DNA of 64,000 nt from an uncultured Alphaproteobacteria bacterium (GCA_963707975.1 OY970177.1:871484-935483), one strand, 5' to 3'. Positions 41,008 through 51,065 are shown, counted from the stretch's first letter. Notes: generated by a model from the sequence alone, not told the origin. Translations and numbers: made by a program.

Positions 41008-41687
41008 GGCGCGCGCGGGCCGAAGATCGCGGTGCCGATGCGCACATGGGTGGCGCCGAATTTGATGGCGGTCTCGAAATCATCGCTCATGCCCATGCTC
41101 AAATTGGCCAGCCCGCATTCGCCCGCAAGCTTTTTCAGTAGCCCAAAATGCAAGGCCGGTTCTTCGTCCTGCGGCGGAATGCACATGAGCCCCGCGATAT
41201 TCAATTCCATAGCCTGGCACTCGCGTACGAAGCCCACGGTTTCGCGAGGAGTAACGCCGGCCTTCTGCGGCTCTTCGCCGGTGTTGACCTGAACGAATAG
41301 ATCAATCTTGCGCCCTGCTCGCGCGATTTCCTCTTTCAACACAGCCGCAAGCTTCGGCCGGTCCAGCGAATGAATGGCGTCGAACATTTCCACCGCCTCG
41401 TACGCCTTGTTGCTTTGCAACGGTCCGATCAGATGCAACTGCACATCGGGAAACCGGCTTTTCAATTCCGGCCATTTCGCCTTGGCTTCCTGCACGCGGT
41501 TTTCGCCGAACAGGCGGTGGCCCGCCTGCAATGCGGGCAGAATGCGATCAGGCCCGTGCCCCTTGCTGACGGCGATCAATTTGGTTTCGCGCGCGGGCGC
41601 AACCGCCTTCTTCCTTGCCGCCTCTATGCGCGCCAAAATGGCCGCGAGATTTGCCGGAATGGAATGGGATGAAGGGTGAGAGGTCAT
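41004..41687 (-). CDS. yggS: YggS-family pyridoxal-phosphate homeostasis protein
   Basis: LIAVSKGH (PLP Lys), FGENRVQE, HLIGPLQSNK, GMSDDFETAI, VRIGTAIFG. Confidence 0.88.
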   Translation of the reverse strand: MTSHPSSHSIPANLAAILARIEAARKKAVAPARETKLIAVSKGHGPDRILPALQAGHRLFGENRVQEAKAKWPELKSRFPDVQLHLIGPLQSNKAYEAVEMFDAIHSLDRPKLAAVLKEEIARAGRKIDLFVQVNTGEEPQKAGVTPRETVGFVRECQAMELNIAGLMCIPPQDEEPALHFGLLKKLAGECGLANLSMGMSDDFETAIKFGATHVRIGTAIFGPRAP

Positions 41688-42298
41688 CGCTGTCGCGGGC
41701 GAAGCTAGCAAGAGCGGCGTTCGCCCTCAATGCGCGCTCTGGCTTCGCCGGGTTGCTGCCCGCGCTTGTGCTGATGACCGACGAAAAGCGTTTGCCCGAT
41801 CCGCTAGCCGCCGCGCGCGCGCTGCCCAAGGGCTCGGGCCTCGTCGTGCGCCACACCAAATCAGGTCCGCGCGCGGAGCTCGCGCACAAGCTCGCTTCCA
41901 TTGCGCATGAACGCTGCCTGATTCTTCTTGTTGCCGGCGACGCAAAACTTGTCGATGCGGTCCACGCCGATGGTTTACATCTGCCCGAAGCGCGCTTGCG
42001 CGAGGCCGAGCAGTGGCGCACGCGGCGGCCCCAATGGCTCATCACCGTGGCCGCGCATTCGGCGGACGCGTTACGGCGCGCGGGCCAGGCCGGCGCACAT
42101 GCGGCGTTTCTGGCGCCGGTCTTTCCCACCGCCAGCCATCCCGCGCGCGCGAGCCTCGGACCTTTCCGTTTTGTCACGCTGGCGAATCATGCGGCTCTTC
42201 CCGTTTACGCTTTGGGCGGCGTCAATGCCGCCAATGTCGGGCGATTGGCGCGCGCGCGTGTGGCCGGCATCGCCGCCGTGGAAGCGTTAAAAGTATGA
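41669..42298 (+). CDS. Thiamine-phosphate synthase family protein (ThiE/TenI-like)
   Basis: LVLMTDEKRLPDP..., LVAGDAKLVDAVHADGLHL, and LGGVNAANV are family-like. The start is uncertain because the chosen Met would overlap the divergent yggS 5' end by ~19 nt. Confidence 0.65.
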   Translation: MKGERSSLSRAKLARAAFALNARSGFAGLLPALVLMTDEKRLPDPLAAARALPKGSGLVVRHTKSGPRAELAHKLASIAHERCLILLVAGDAKLVDAVHADGLHLPEARLREAEQWRTRRPQWLITVAAHSADALRRAGQAGAHAAFLAPVFPTASHPARASLGPFRFVTLANHAALPVYALGGVNAANVGRLARARVAGIAAVEALKV

Positions 42299-42299
42299 A

Positions 42300-42328
42300 C
42301 AGGGCGCGCAGTTGCTAGGAACGCCCTG
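42300..42328 (+). terminator. Candidate terminator after the thiE-like gene
   Basis: CAGGGCG ... CGCCCTG 7-bp stem with a 15-nt loop, followed by CCTTATTATAAG. Confidence 0.35.
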
Positions 42329-42397
42329 CCTTATTATAAGCGCGGCACCGGAGAATGCTTCAGCAGTCCGGGGCGGCTCCCGAAGCGCTCGTCACTG

Positions 42398-42832
42398 ATG
42401 AAAGGCCAAACCATGCGTTTTGCCATTGCCGCCCTCGCTCTTCTGCTTGCCGCCTGCAGTTCCGACAACGACTCTGGCACCGTTGATACCAGCGCGCCGG
42501 TGAAGACCCAGCTCGGCGTCAACGATTATCTTTGGCGCGCGACGCTCGACACACTCAATTTCATGCCGCTGCAATCGGCCGATCCTTTCGGCGGCGTCAT
42601 CATCACCGAATGGTATTCGGCGCCGGAAAATCCCAACGAGCAGATGAAGGTGACGGTCTACATACTGGACAAGCGGCTTCGCGCCGACGCGCTGAAAGTG
42701 TCGGTCTTCCGCCAGACCCGCTCGGCCACCGGCTGGGTGGACGCCCAGGTCAATCCCGAAACCGCGGCCAAGCTGGAGAACGCTATACTCAGCCGCGCCC
42801 GCCAGTTGCGCCTAAATACGGTTGAGCAGTAA
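42398..42832 (+). CDS. DUF3576 lipoprotein
   Basis: Lipobox LLLAAC. Conserved LWRATLDTLNFMPL...DPFGGVIITEWY. It lies upstream of leuS, as commonly seen in alphaproteobacteria. Confidence 0.7.
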   Translation: MKGQTMRFAIAALALLLAACSSDNDSGTVDTSAPVKTQLGVNDYLWRATLDTLNFMPLQSADPFGGVIITEWYSAPENPNEQMKVTVYILDKRLRADALKVSVFRQTRSATGWVDAQVNPETAAKLENAILSRARQLRLNTVEQ

Positions 42833-42892
42833 CCCAGTCCTAAGGCTCAAGCCCGTTTCCGTCCGGCTTGGCCGGGCGGAACAAAGGAATTT

Positions 42893-45451
42893 GTGATGGC
42901 GCGCTACGACGCCAAATCATCCGAGCAGCGCTGGCAAGAAGTCTGGGCCAAAGCAGGCGTGTTCCGCGCCGACAATGCGTCCACCAAGCCGAAAGCATAC
43001 GTGCTCGAATTTTTTCCCTATCCCTCGGGGCGCATCCATATCGGCCATACGCGCAATTACACCATGGGCGATGTGATCGCGCGCTTCCGCCGCGCGCAAG
43101 GATTCAATGTTTTGCATCCGATGGGATGGGATGCATTCGGGCTTCCGGCCGAAAACGCGGCGCGCGAGAAGGGCGTGCACCCGCGCGAATGGACTTATGA
43201 AAACATCCGCGTGATGCGCGAGCAGTTGAAGTTGATGGGCTGCTCGATCGACTGGTCACGCGAATTCGCCACCTGCGATCCCGAATATTACACGCAGCAG
43301 CAGCATCTGTTTCTGGATTTTCTCAAGCTCGGTTTTGTCTATCGCGCCGAGGCCGACGTGAACTGGGATCCGGTCGAGCACACGGTGCTGGCCAATGAGC
43401 AGGTGATCGAGGGGCGCGGCTGGCGTTCGGGCGCGCCCGTGGAAAGGCACAAGCTTTCGCAATGGTTCTTCAAGATCACGGCGTTTTCCGATGATTTGCT
43501 TAATGCGCTGGATGCTCTTCCGCGCTGGCCGGAAAAAGTGCGCCTGATGCAGAAGAACTGGATCGGCCGCTCGGAAGGGCTGCGGTTTAATTTTGCGCTG
43601 AAGGGCGCACCAAAAGGTTTCGAGAAGCTGGAAACATTTTCCACGCGCCCCGACACGCTGTTCGGCGCAAGCTTCTTGGCGCTTTCACCCGATCACCCCT
43701 TGGCCGAAGAATTGGCGAAAGCAAATCCCAAGCTTACGGCCTTCATAGTCGAATGCCGCCGCGTCGGCACGGCGGAAGAAGCCATCGAAAAAGCCGAGAA
43801 GCGGGGCTTCGACACGGGCATCCGCGCGGTGCACCCCTTCGACGTCAAATGGGAATTGCCGGTTTATGTGGCGAATTTCGTGCTGATGGCCTATGGCACC
43901 GGCGCCATTTTCGGCTGCCCCGCGCACGACCAGCGCGACCTCGATTTCGCGCGCAAATACAAATTGCCGGTGTTGCCTGTTGTGATTCCAGAAGGCAGCG
44001 ATCCAAAAACATTTTCGGTCGCCGATGAGGCTTATCTCGGCCCAGGCCGTCTCGCCAATTCGCGTTTCCTCGATGGGCTGGGCGTGGAAGCGGCGAAAGC
44101 CGAGGCGTCAAAACGCATAGAGCAGGCAAACCAGGGCCAGCGCACGGTCAATTACCGCCTGCGCGATTGGCTGGTTTCGCGCCAGCGTTATTGGGGTTGC
44201 CCCATTCCCATCATCCATTGCCCAGCTTGCGGCATGGTGCCGGTGCCGCCATCAGATCTGCCGGTAAAGCTGCCCGACGATGTGCGTTTCGATCAGCCCG
44301 GCAATCCGCTCGACCATCACCCCACTTGGAAGTACGTGGCCTGCCCCAAATGCGGCAAACCCGCGCGGCGCGAAACCGACACGCTCGACACCTTCATCGA
44401 TTCATCCTGGTATTTCGCGCGCTTCTGCGACAGCAAGGCGCTCCGGCCGATCAACGCCACGGCCGCCAATTACTGGATGCCGGTGGACCAGTATATTGGC
44501 GGCGTCGAGCACGCGATTCTGCATCTGCTCTATGCGCGCTTCTTCACCCGCGTGCTGCACAAGGCAAACTATGTGAACATGGATGAGCCATTCGCCGGCC
44601 TCTTCACGCAGGGCATGGTCTGCCATGAAGACTATCAGGATTCACAAGGGCGCTATCTCGCGCCCGAAGAAATCGAGAAGCGTGACGGCCACGCTTTCCT
44701 GCGCGGCACCAGCACGGCAGTGAAAGTGTTGCCGTCCGAGAAAATGTCGAAATCGAAAAAGAACGTGGTTCCACCGGAAGTGATAGTGGATCAATATGGC
44801 GCCGACACTATCCGCTGGTTCATGCTCTCCGACACGCCGCCCGAGCGCGACATCGAATGGACGCAGGCGGGCGCCGAAGGCTGCTGGCGTTTCATCCAGC
44901 GCGTCCATCGCCTGGTGACGGAAGCGGTTGGGCTGCCGCCGCTGGGAACGAAAATCGGCCAAACGGATGGTGCGGCCCTTGAGCTTCGCCGAGCTACACA
45001 CCGCACCATTGCGGCCGTCACCGAAGACCTTGAGGCGCTGCGCTTCAACCGCGCTGTGGCCCGCATTTATGAACTGGCCAACGCCATCGGCGATGCAGGC
45101 GAGGTTACCGGCCCTGTCCGCCGCGAGGCCCTGGAAGCCCTGGTTTTGCTCAGCAATCCCATGATGCCCCATCTCGCTGAGACCTGTTGGGAAGCCCTGG
45201 GACATGCTCAAATGGTGGCGCGCACTGGCTGGCCCAAGGCGGATGCCGCTCTCGTGCGCGCCGATACCGTCACCATCGCGGTGCAGGTGAACGGCAAAAG
45301 GCGCGGCGAAATCGAAGTGGCCACGGGGGAAGAGGAGGAGACGGTGCGGGAAAAGGCGCTTTCGCTCGAAACCGTGCAGCGCGCGCTTGAAGGGCGTTCG
45401 CCTAAACGCGTCATCGTGGTCAAGGATCGTATCGTCAACGTGGTGGCATAA
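42893..45451 (+). CDS. leuS: Leucine--tRNA ligase
   Basis: HIGH motif ([15 protein letters not shown]), KMSKS ([11 protein letters not shown]), and a CP1 editing domain. 852 aa. Confidence 0.95.
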   Translation: MMARYDAKSSEQRWQEVWAKAGVFRADNASTKPKAYVLEFFPYPSGRIHIGHTRNYTMGDVIARFRRAQGFNVLHPMGWDAFGLPAENAAREKGVHPREWTYENIRVMREQLKLMGCSIDWSREFATCDPEYYTQQQHLFLDFLKLGFVYRAEADVNWDPVEHTVLANEQVIEGRGWRSGAPVERHKLSQWFFKITAFSDDLLNALDALPRWPEKVRLMQKNWIGRSEGLRFNFALKGAPKGFEKLETFSTRPDTLFGASFLALSPDHPLAEELAKANPKLTAFIVECRRVGTAEEAIEKAEKRGFDTGIRAVHPFDVKWELPVYVANFVLMAYGTGAIFGCPAHDQRDLDFARKYKLPVLPVVIPEGSDPKTFSVADEAYLGPGRLANSRFLDGLGVEAAKAEASKRIEQANQGQRTVNYRLRDWLVSRQRYWGCPIPIIHCPACGMVPVPPSDLPVKLPDDVRFDQPGNPLDHHPTWKYVACPKCGKPARRETDTLDTFIDSSWYFARFCDSKALRPINATAANYWMPVDQYIGGVEHAILHLLYARFFTRVLHKANYVNMDEPFAGLFTQGMVCHEDYQDSQGRYLAPEEIEKRDGHAFLRGTSTAVKVLPSEKMSKSKKNVVPPEVIVDQYGADTIRWFMLSDTPPERDIEWTQAGAEGCWRFIQRVHRLVTEAVGLPPLGTKIGQTDGAALELRRATHRTIAAVTEDLEALRFNRAVARIYELANAIGDAGEVTGPVRREALEALVLLSNPMMPHLAETCWEALGHAQMVARTGWPKADAALVRADTVTIAVQVNGKRRGEIEVATGEEEETVREKALSLETVQRALEGRSPKRVIVVKDRIVNVVA

Positions 45452-45454
45452 TCG

Positions 45455-45532
45455 GAAATCAGAATTCCGAAATCAGAATAAAGGCGAAATGACAGTGTTA
45501 CTTCCGGCTTCCGATTTTCGGTTTCTGATTTC
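45455..45532 (+). repeat. GAAATCAGAAT direct repeat (x2) plus an inverted copy spanning the lptE start
   Basis: GAAATCAGAAT occurs at 45455-45465 and 45469-45479. The reverse complement TTCTGATTTC lies at 45523-45532, inside the lptE signal-peptide codons. The lptE SD and ATG (45489) lie between the pairing partners. Confidence 0.8.
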
Positions 45533-46022
45533 TGCGGCGATGGCCGTAGGCCTCGCCGCTTGCGGCTTTCATCCGCTTTACGGCACTGTGGGCGGCGGCG
45601 CGCCCATGTCGGCAGCGCTCCATTCCATTTATGTCGAGAACATACCCGACCGCGTGGGTTATCAGCTGCGCAATGATCTGATCGACCAGTTCAATTCGCA
45701 GCCCACGCCGACGGGCGCGGCTTATCGCTTGCAGATCGAGCTTAAATCCGATGAAAAGGGCCTGGCGCTGCAGGAAAACGCCTCGATCACGCGCTATTCC
45801 TATCACCTGACCGCGCATTATCAGCTGATGGCCGCTGGGAGCACCACTGTGCTGAAGAAGGGCGAGGTGCATTCGCTGGCCTCCTACAACGTGGTGCAGT
45901 CGCCCTATGCCACGGTCGCCGCCGACAAGGATGCGCAAGACCGCGCGGTGGAAGACATCGCCGAACGCCTGCGCACCGAGCTCGCGGTCTATTTCCTCAA
46001 CACCAAGGCGGGCAAGTCGTGA
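45489..46022 (+). CDS. lptE: LPS-assembly lipoprotein LptE
   Basis: Lipobox VGLAACGFHPLYG. It sits between leuS and holA (conserved leuS-lptE-holA order). Confidence 0.8.
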   Translation: MTVLLPASDFRFLISAAMAVGLAACGFHPLYGTVGGGAPMSAALHSIYVENIPDRVGYQLRNDLIDQFNSQPTPTGAAYRLQIELKSDEKGLALQENASITRYSYHLTAHYQLMAAGSTTVLKKGEVHSLASYNVVQSPYATVAADKDAQDRAVEDIAERLRTELAVYFLNTKAGKS

Positions 46023-47038
46023 TCGTGAAGGGGGCGGAGGCCGCCCGCTTCGCTGCATCGCCGCCGCCAAAGCTTGTTGCCGCGCTGGTTTACGGACCCG
46101 ATCAGGGCCTGGTGCGCGAACGCGCGGATAGTCTCGCCAAAAGCGCTGTCGCCGATCTCTCCGATCCGTTTCGCGTGAGCGAGCTCGACGAAGATGCACT
46201 CGCCGCTGACCCTGCGCGCCTCATGGACGAGGCGGCTGCCATTTCCATGTTGGGCGGCAGGCGCGTGGTGCGCGTTCGCGGCGCCGGCAATGCGCTGGCC
46301 AAACTGTTCGAAAGTTTTCTCGATGCGCCTACGGGCGACGCGCTGGTGGTGGTGGAAGCGGGCGAACTCCCCAAGGCTTCCGCGTTGCGCCGCGTGTTCG
46401 AGGGCGCGGACAACGCGGCAGCACTTCCCTGTTATCTCGATTCCACGCGCGACCTCGAAGATGTGGTGCGCGCGGCCATGAAAGAGGCGGGGCTCGCCAT
46501 AGATGCGGGTGCGCTGGCCGAAGCTGTGTCCCGGCTCGGCTCAGACCGCGGGGTGACGCACCGAGAGCTGGAAAAACTCGCGCTTTATGCAAGCGGCGAA
46601 AAAACCGTGACGGTGGGCCATGTGCAAGCCGTCATGGGCGATGAATCCGAGCTCCGCATGGAAGAAATCTGCGATGCAGCCGGGGAAGGCGATTTCGCGA
46701 GGCTGGACAAATCGCTCTCCAGGCTGTGGGCGGCGGGCGCCTCGCCGGTGGCGGTCATCCGCATGGCGCTCGGCCATTTCCAGCGCGTGCTGCTGGCGCG
46801 TGCGAAGGCCGATGAGGGCGCGCCCGTCGGCGAGACCATGAAAGGCTTTCGCCCGCAGGTTCATTTTCAACGCGCGGATTCGTTCCGCGCCCAGGTCGCG
46901 CGCTTTTCGCGCACGCGCGCCGAAGAAGCGCTGGCTCAGCTTTACGATGCCGAAATTCTCTGCAAGACCACGGCAGTGCCCGCCGAATCGGTGACGGGCC
47001 GCGCGCTGTTCAAAGTCGCGGCGCTGGCCGGCCGCTAG
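46019..47038 (+). CDS. holA: DNA polymerase III subunit delta
   Basis: 339 aa; overlaps the lptE stop. The N-terminal ...VYGPDQGLVRERA and general delta-subunit pattern fit, as does the synteny. Confidence 0.82.
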   Translation: MIVKGAEAARFAASPPPKLVAALVYGPDQGLVRERADSLAKSAVADLSDPFRVSELDEDALAADPARLMDEAAAISMLGGRRVVRVRGAGNALAKLFESFLDAPTGDALVVVEAGELPKASALRRVFEGADNAAALPCYLDSTRDLEDVVRAAMKEAGLAIDAGALAEAVSRLGSDRGVTHRELEKLALYASGEKTVTVGHVQAVMGDESELRMEEICDAAGEGDFARLDKSLSRLWAAGASPVAVIRMALGHFQRVLLARAKADEGAPVGETMKGFRPQVHFQRADSFRAQVARFSRTRAEEALAQLYDAEILCKTTAVPAESVTGRALFKVAALAGR

Positions 47039-47047
47039 GAAAACGCC

Positions 47048-47737
47048 CTAGCGCGCGCCGCCAGCCACGCTGAGCACGGGCGCATTCACCTGCGCCTGCG
47101 GATGCGGCGATTGCGAATTGCGCTCAAACAGGCTGGTGTTAGGGAAGGACAGCCCCAGAAACTCGATGCCGAAGCCTTCGGCGTGATGGCGCGCCACGCG
47201 GCCAGCGCGATGGCCGATCAGGATGTGCTCGCCCACGGGCGGGCGCTGATCGGTTTTCACCGACATGCCGGTCAGCGAAAAGTCCAGCACCTCGCAACGC
47301 AGCTGCTCGCCGCTGGCGCGGGTGTATTGCGTGTGGCTGCCCGAAGTGGCCGGCGCGCGATCATAAAGACGCAAATGGCTTTCGTTCACCAGATGGCGGT
47401 TGAGAGCGAGCGTCAACTGATCGGCCAGCCGCTCGCGCTTCTGCTGCGAGCAGACGAAATTCATTGCGAAGCCCTTTTCGGTGCGCCGCGCGATGGAACC
47501 TTCGATGCGGCCGAAGCCGTCGAGATAGACCACGATTGTGCCGTGCGGTTCCTGCTTCAGCTCGCAGGCGATGGCGGCATCGCCCGGCGAAATGTCCTGC
47601 ACGGTGCAGGGTGCTTCTTCTTGCGTCGCGGGAATATAAAGCCGCCCGGCAATCGCGATCTGCGCACGGCGGAAGCGGCGGCGCTCCTTTCGCGCGCGCG
47701 CTATAATCTCTTCTTCGCTGTTCCTGGGTCCCGTCAT
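47048..47737 (-). CDS. PilZ domain protein
   Basis: RRxxxR-type motif (ERRRFRRAQIAIAGRL) and D-x-S-x-x-G (VQDISPGDAAI). A second PilZ-like module is present (RCEVLDFSLTGMSV). Confidence 0.72.
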   Translation of the reverse strand: MTGPRNSEEEIIARARKERRRFRRAQIAIAGRLYIPATQEEAPCTVQDISPGDAAIACELKQEPHGTIVVYLDGFGRIEGSIARRTEKGFAMNFVCSQQKRERLADQLTLALNRHLVNESHLRLYDRAPATSGSHTQYTRASGEQLRCEVLDFSLTGMSVKTDQRPPVGEHILIGHRAGRVARHHAEGFGIEFLGLSFPNTSLFERNSQSPHPQAQVNAPVLSVAGGAR

Positions 47738-48017
47738 CGGGGCAAAATCCCGGCCTTTCCGCGCTGGCTTAGGCTCCAGACTAGGGGGTGATTGTTCAAT
47801 ATTTGGTTTATATGGATCCCAATTCCTGAACCCACGTTAGCTATACGGGGCATTGCGTTCATAGCTTCTTAACCTGCCGCCAATGCATGGCGGGGGCAGT
47901 TACGAGACCTATTTATGTGTCGGCGCGGTAACGCTTGCAGGGTTTAAGCGTGGCGCACTTCCGTGCGGCGTCACAAAGGGCCTATGCTCTTTTTATAAAC
48001 CAAGAAAGCCCGCCCCG

Positions 48018-48359
48018 ATGCGCGTAATTCTCGCAACGCTGGTTCTGGCCGCGCTGCCGGCTCTGGCGCTTGCGCAGGTGGCGAAAACCGCCACCACGCA
48101 GCCCCTAACCTACCCAATCGAAACGCTTTCCTTCGACCGCTGGTGCCAGGAAGACCAGAATCTGCCGGCCGCCCGCTGCGACGCGCGCCAGCCGGAAGAT
48201 GTGGCGGCCTTCGACGCTTACCGGGCGCAGGTGGAGCACTATGACCTGAAATACCAGGAGGACCGCGAGAAAGAGAACCGCTTCGAACAGGACGTACTGA
48301 AGCGCGATCCCAGCGCGCCGCCGGTCAATCAGGATATCGTGGCGCCTTCGCCGCAATAG
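48018..48359 (+). CDS. Hypothetical small secreted protein
   Basis: Signal peptide MRVILATLVLAALPALALAQ, two Cys residues and a charged C-terminus. No family recognised. Confidence 0.45.
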   Translation: MRVILATLVLAALPALALAQVAKTATTQPLTYPIETLSFDRWCQEDQNLPAARCDARQPEDVAAFDAYRAQVEHYDLKYQEDREKENRFEQDVLKRDPSAPPVNQDIVAPSPQ

Positions 48360-48362
48360 GAT

Positions 48363-49037
48363 TTAAGCGAGCCTCACGCCCAGCGCGCGTGCGAAGAGTC
48401 CGTGGACCTCTTCCACATCGAAGCGCAGCGGGTCGCCGATACCGTCCCGGGACACCACCAGCCGTAAATGCGGCACGCGGGAATTTGACGGCTCGCTACC
48501 CAGCCCGTCGCCGAAACTTGGCGGGCTTTCAGCCGCACTTTCATTGCCATGCAGCAGTGTCGAGGACACCAGACGCTCGAAAGCGAGCGGGCGGCCGAGA
48601 AGTGGTGAAGCATCGCCCAGCAGTTGGGTTACGCCCAGAAAGCGTTCGGGCTCGTTTCCCTGATAGGTAATGGGCAAGAGCAGGGTTTCGATTTCCACCA
48701 TACGGCAATCGGAAGTGGAACCAATCGAGGTCAGGCATACGGGCGTGGCTAGTCTCAGCGATTGCCTGAGCAGCACGCCAAGCGCGCGCTTGCTGCCTTC
48801 GTCCCAATGGGCGAGAAAACTTTTGCCGCGAAGTTCCACGCCGAAGCGTTCGCAAATCGCGGTGCCGGCCAGGCGGTAAGGCATGTCAATGCTGGCCGCG
48901 CGCGCGTCCAGCAGGAAAACATGAGGCAGCAGCCGCTTGAGCGCGCGGGGGTTAATGTCGGACTGGTCGGGAAGAGCGCGCGCGCCCCTAATGCGGCTCC
49001 AATAACCCACCGCGAAATGGTTGTGTCTGTGCTTCAT
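48363..49037 (-). CDS. PAS_5 (DUF1457) domain protein
   Basis: ...YWSRIRGARALPDQSDINPRALKRLLPHVFLLD...YRLAGTAICERFG..LRGKSF pattern of the alphaproteobacterial PAS_5 family. Confidence 0.62.
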   Translation of the reverse strand: MKHRHNHFAVGYWSRIRGARALPDQSDINPRALKRLLPHVFLLDARAASIDMPYRLAGTAICERFGVELRGKSFLAHWDEGSKRALGVLLRQSLRLATPVCLTSIGSTSDCRMVEIETLLLPITYQGNEPERFLGVTQLLGDASPLLGRPLAFERLVSSTLLHGNESAAESPPSFGDGLGSEPSNSRVPHLRLVVSRDGIGDPLRFDVEEVHGLFARALGVRLA

Positions 49038-49209
49038 CGAACTGTCCCGTTCCCCGCCTGAATTGTGCCGGCCTGATGCAGAGAAAGGCCGCATATTGTC
49101 TGGCGTCTCTGTCAGAGCGAAAGCCATGCCAAAGACAGGGCCGGCCTATGCAAAATCGGAATCCGGGAAACAGAAATTAACTATGAGAGCGGGGATCGCG
49201 GTTTGCGCC

Positions 49210-49914
49210 TCAGCCCCAAGGCCCGCGTCTGCGGCCGAACAGCGGAATGTCGGAGAACTTGAAAAAAGGCGTGAGCACCAGCCCCGAAACGAAACCGCCG
49301 ATATGGGCGGCAAAGGCTACACCGGGCTGGGAAGGATCGGCCATGGCGGCGCTTAACAACTGCATCAGGAACCAGAAGCCGACCACATAAAGCGCCGCGA
49401 TCTTGAGCGGATAAAGCAGGATGCCTAGCGGAAGAATCACTGTCACGCGGGCTTGAGGATAGGCGAGCACATAAGCGGCCAGCACGCCCGAGATGGCGCC
49501 CGAGGCGCCCAGCATCGGAATGGTCGATTGCGGATCGCTCAGGCCCTGCGTCAGCGCCGCCGCCGTTCCGCAAATGAGATAGAACAGCAGATAGCGGATA
49601 TGCCCCATCAGATCCTCGACATTATTGCCGAAAATCCAGAGGAACAGCATGTTGCCGCCCAGATGCAGCCAGCCGCCGTGCAAGAACATCGAGGTGAAGA
49701 TGGTCAATGCCGGCACGGGCGCGCCGATGGCCGCGCTTAGCTTGGCGTGGCCGAATAGAAGCGCCGGCACGAAACCGTAAATGAAGACGGCTTTTTCATC
49801 CCCGCTGTTTCCCAGCGAAAGCTGCCAGATAAAAACTCCCACGCAGGCCGCAATGATGGCCCAGGTGACGAAGGGCGTGAGCACGGTCGGATTGTCGTCC
49901 GATATGGGGATCAT
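49210..49914 (-). CDS. Rhomboid family intramembrane serine protease
   Basis: Six TM segments, catalytic GASGAISG and a downstream AHIGGF His motif, plus HGGWLHLGGNMLFLWIFG. Confidence 0.85.
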   Translation of the reverse strand: MIPISDDNPTVLTPFVTWAIIAACVGVFIWQLSLGNSGDEKAVFIYGFVPALLFGHAKLSAAIGAPVPALTIFTSMFLHGGWLHLGGNMLFLWIFGNNVEDLMGHIRYLLFYLICGTAAALTQGLSDPQSTIPMLGASGAISGVLAAYVLAYPQARVTVILPLGILLYPLKIAALYVVGFWFLMQLLSAAMADPSQPGVAFAAHIGGFVSGLVLTPFFKFSDIPLFGRRRGPWG

Positions 49915-50107
49915 GGCCTGGCGCGCTTTCCTGCGGCTCTCGTCTTTGTGCCGTTATGGGACATTAAACCTGGCGCTTCCCCGCAAAAACGCCATGGCCA
50001 ATGGCATGAAACATGAAGCAAAGGGGCTTGGCATCAGGGTTTTGTCAAGCTGGAGCGCGCGAGGAACACGTCCCAGCCGCCAGGATAAGGCCGAAGAGGG
50101 CATAGAG

Positions 50108-50995
50108 ATGCGTGGTTCGCGGATTCTTGCGCTGGCGGTTTCGGCCGCGCTCGCTTTGCTGCCCCCCTGGGGGGTGGTGACGCCTGCGCTGGCGGGCGGC
50201 TCGGCCGGCGGCGGAAAAATGTGCGAGCCGCCGCCCTCCATCATCAACATCAACAAGAACATCAATATCAACAAGAACATCAACATCAACAAAAACGTCG
50301 ACATCAACAAGAACATCAACATCTTCAAGCCCGTGTCGATCAACAAGAACATCATCATCAACAAGGTCAGCGCGAGTTCCTCTTCCGACGCATTCGCAGC
50401 TGCCGCGGCGCTCGCTTTTGCCGGCGCACGCGCGCAGGCGGTTGCCACGGGCGGCGGCGGCTCGATCATCGAAGAGGCTGGCCGGCCAAGCCAGGGCGAG
50501 ATCGGTGGCGCCGCTTCGGCGCCGCAGGAAGCCTGCACCGAGCAATTGGCCACCGTGGTGAAAGCCGTGCATGCCGTGTGCGTGGACCATTGGGGGCATG
50601 AGCATCCGGCAACCCGCATGCGCCCCGAAACCTGGATCGATGCGAGTTATTCCGGCGAGCTCTATCGCTGCCTGGAAGGATCGTCCTTACGCGTCATCGT
50701 CGGCCATGTGGTGCAATCGAGCGAAGGCACGGCGGCCGTTTATGAGGGCGGCAACAAAATCGAATGCCGTTCCGGCGAAGCGTTGCGCCATTTCGCCGAC
50801 GGCATGGTGAAATGCGCGGTGGCCGAGCCGGTGCCAGATTGTACCGAACGCACCAATCTCCGGCGCTATGGCGCGGGCGACATTTTCTTCTCCTTCCAGG
50901 AAAAGGTCTGCGCGCAAAGCTACAGCGCTGAGACCATGTCGCGCCCCTCGATCGAGCTCTCCAACATGACGCTTTCAGGCGGCGTGGGGAATTAA
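50108..50995 (+). CDS. Secreted protein with ININKN hexapeptide tandem array and an unassigned Cys-containing C-terminal domain
   Basis: Signal peptide MRGSRILALAVSAALALLPPWGVVTPALA, then seven hexapeptide units, a Ser/Ala/Gly linker and a ~190-aa C-terminal domain. Start at ATG 50108; the longer ORF overlaps the rhomboid gene. Confidence 0.6.
   Translation: MRGSRILALAVSAALALLPPWGVVTPALAGGSAGGGKMCEPPPSIININKNININKNININKNVDINKNINIFKPVSINKNIIINKVSASSSSDAFAAAAALAFAGARAQAVATGGGGSIIEEAGRPSQGEIGGAASAPQEACTEQLATVVKAVHAVCVDHWGHEHPATRMRPETWIDASYSGELYRCLEGSSLRVIVGHVVQSSEGTAAVYEGGNKIECRSGEALRHFADGMVKCAVAEPVPDCTERTNLRRYGAGDIFFSFQEKVCAQSYSAETMSRPSIELSNMTLSGGVGN
50243..50368 (+). repeat. Seven in-frame tandem 18-nt units (consensus ATCAACATCAACAAGAAC)
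   Basis: Read directly: ININKN/ININKN/ININKN/VDINKN/INIFKP/VSINKN/IIINKV. The first three units differ only at third codon positions. Confidence 0.9.
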
Positions 50996-51065
50996 GTTCA
51001 CCGCTCGCCAGAAGCGGGCCCGCCTGCTAGAAAAAAGGCGAGTTCGCGGCTGGAGGAACGTCCCA

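Noticed and set aside
41688-42397. TPP riboswitch or other leader RNA associated with the thiE-like gene.
   Set aside because: There is no room upstream, because the divergent gene starts overlap. No TPP-like conserved core was seen.
47738-48017. A 280-bp relatively AT-rich intergenic region considered as a tRNA or sRNA gene or a mobile-element scar.
   Set aside because: I could not fold a cloverleaf or find terminal repeats. It is most simply the divergent promoter region for the PilZ gene and the small secreted protein gene.
50243-50368. Tandem 18-nt repeats considered as a CRISPR-like or minisatellite non-coding array.
   Set aside because: There are no spacers. The units are contiguous, in frame and use native codon preferences inside a signal-peptide-bearing ORF. 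It is a coding repeat.
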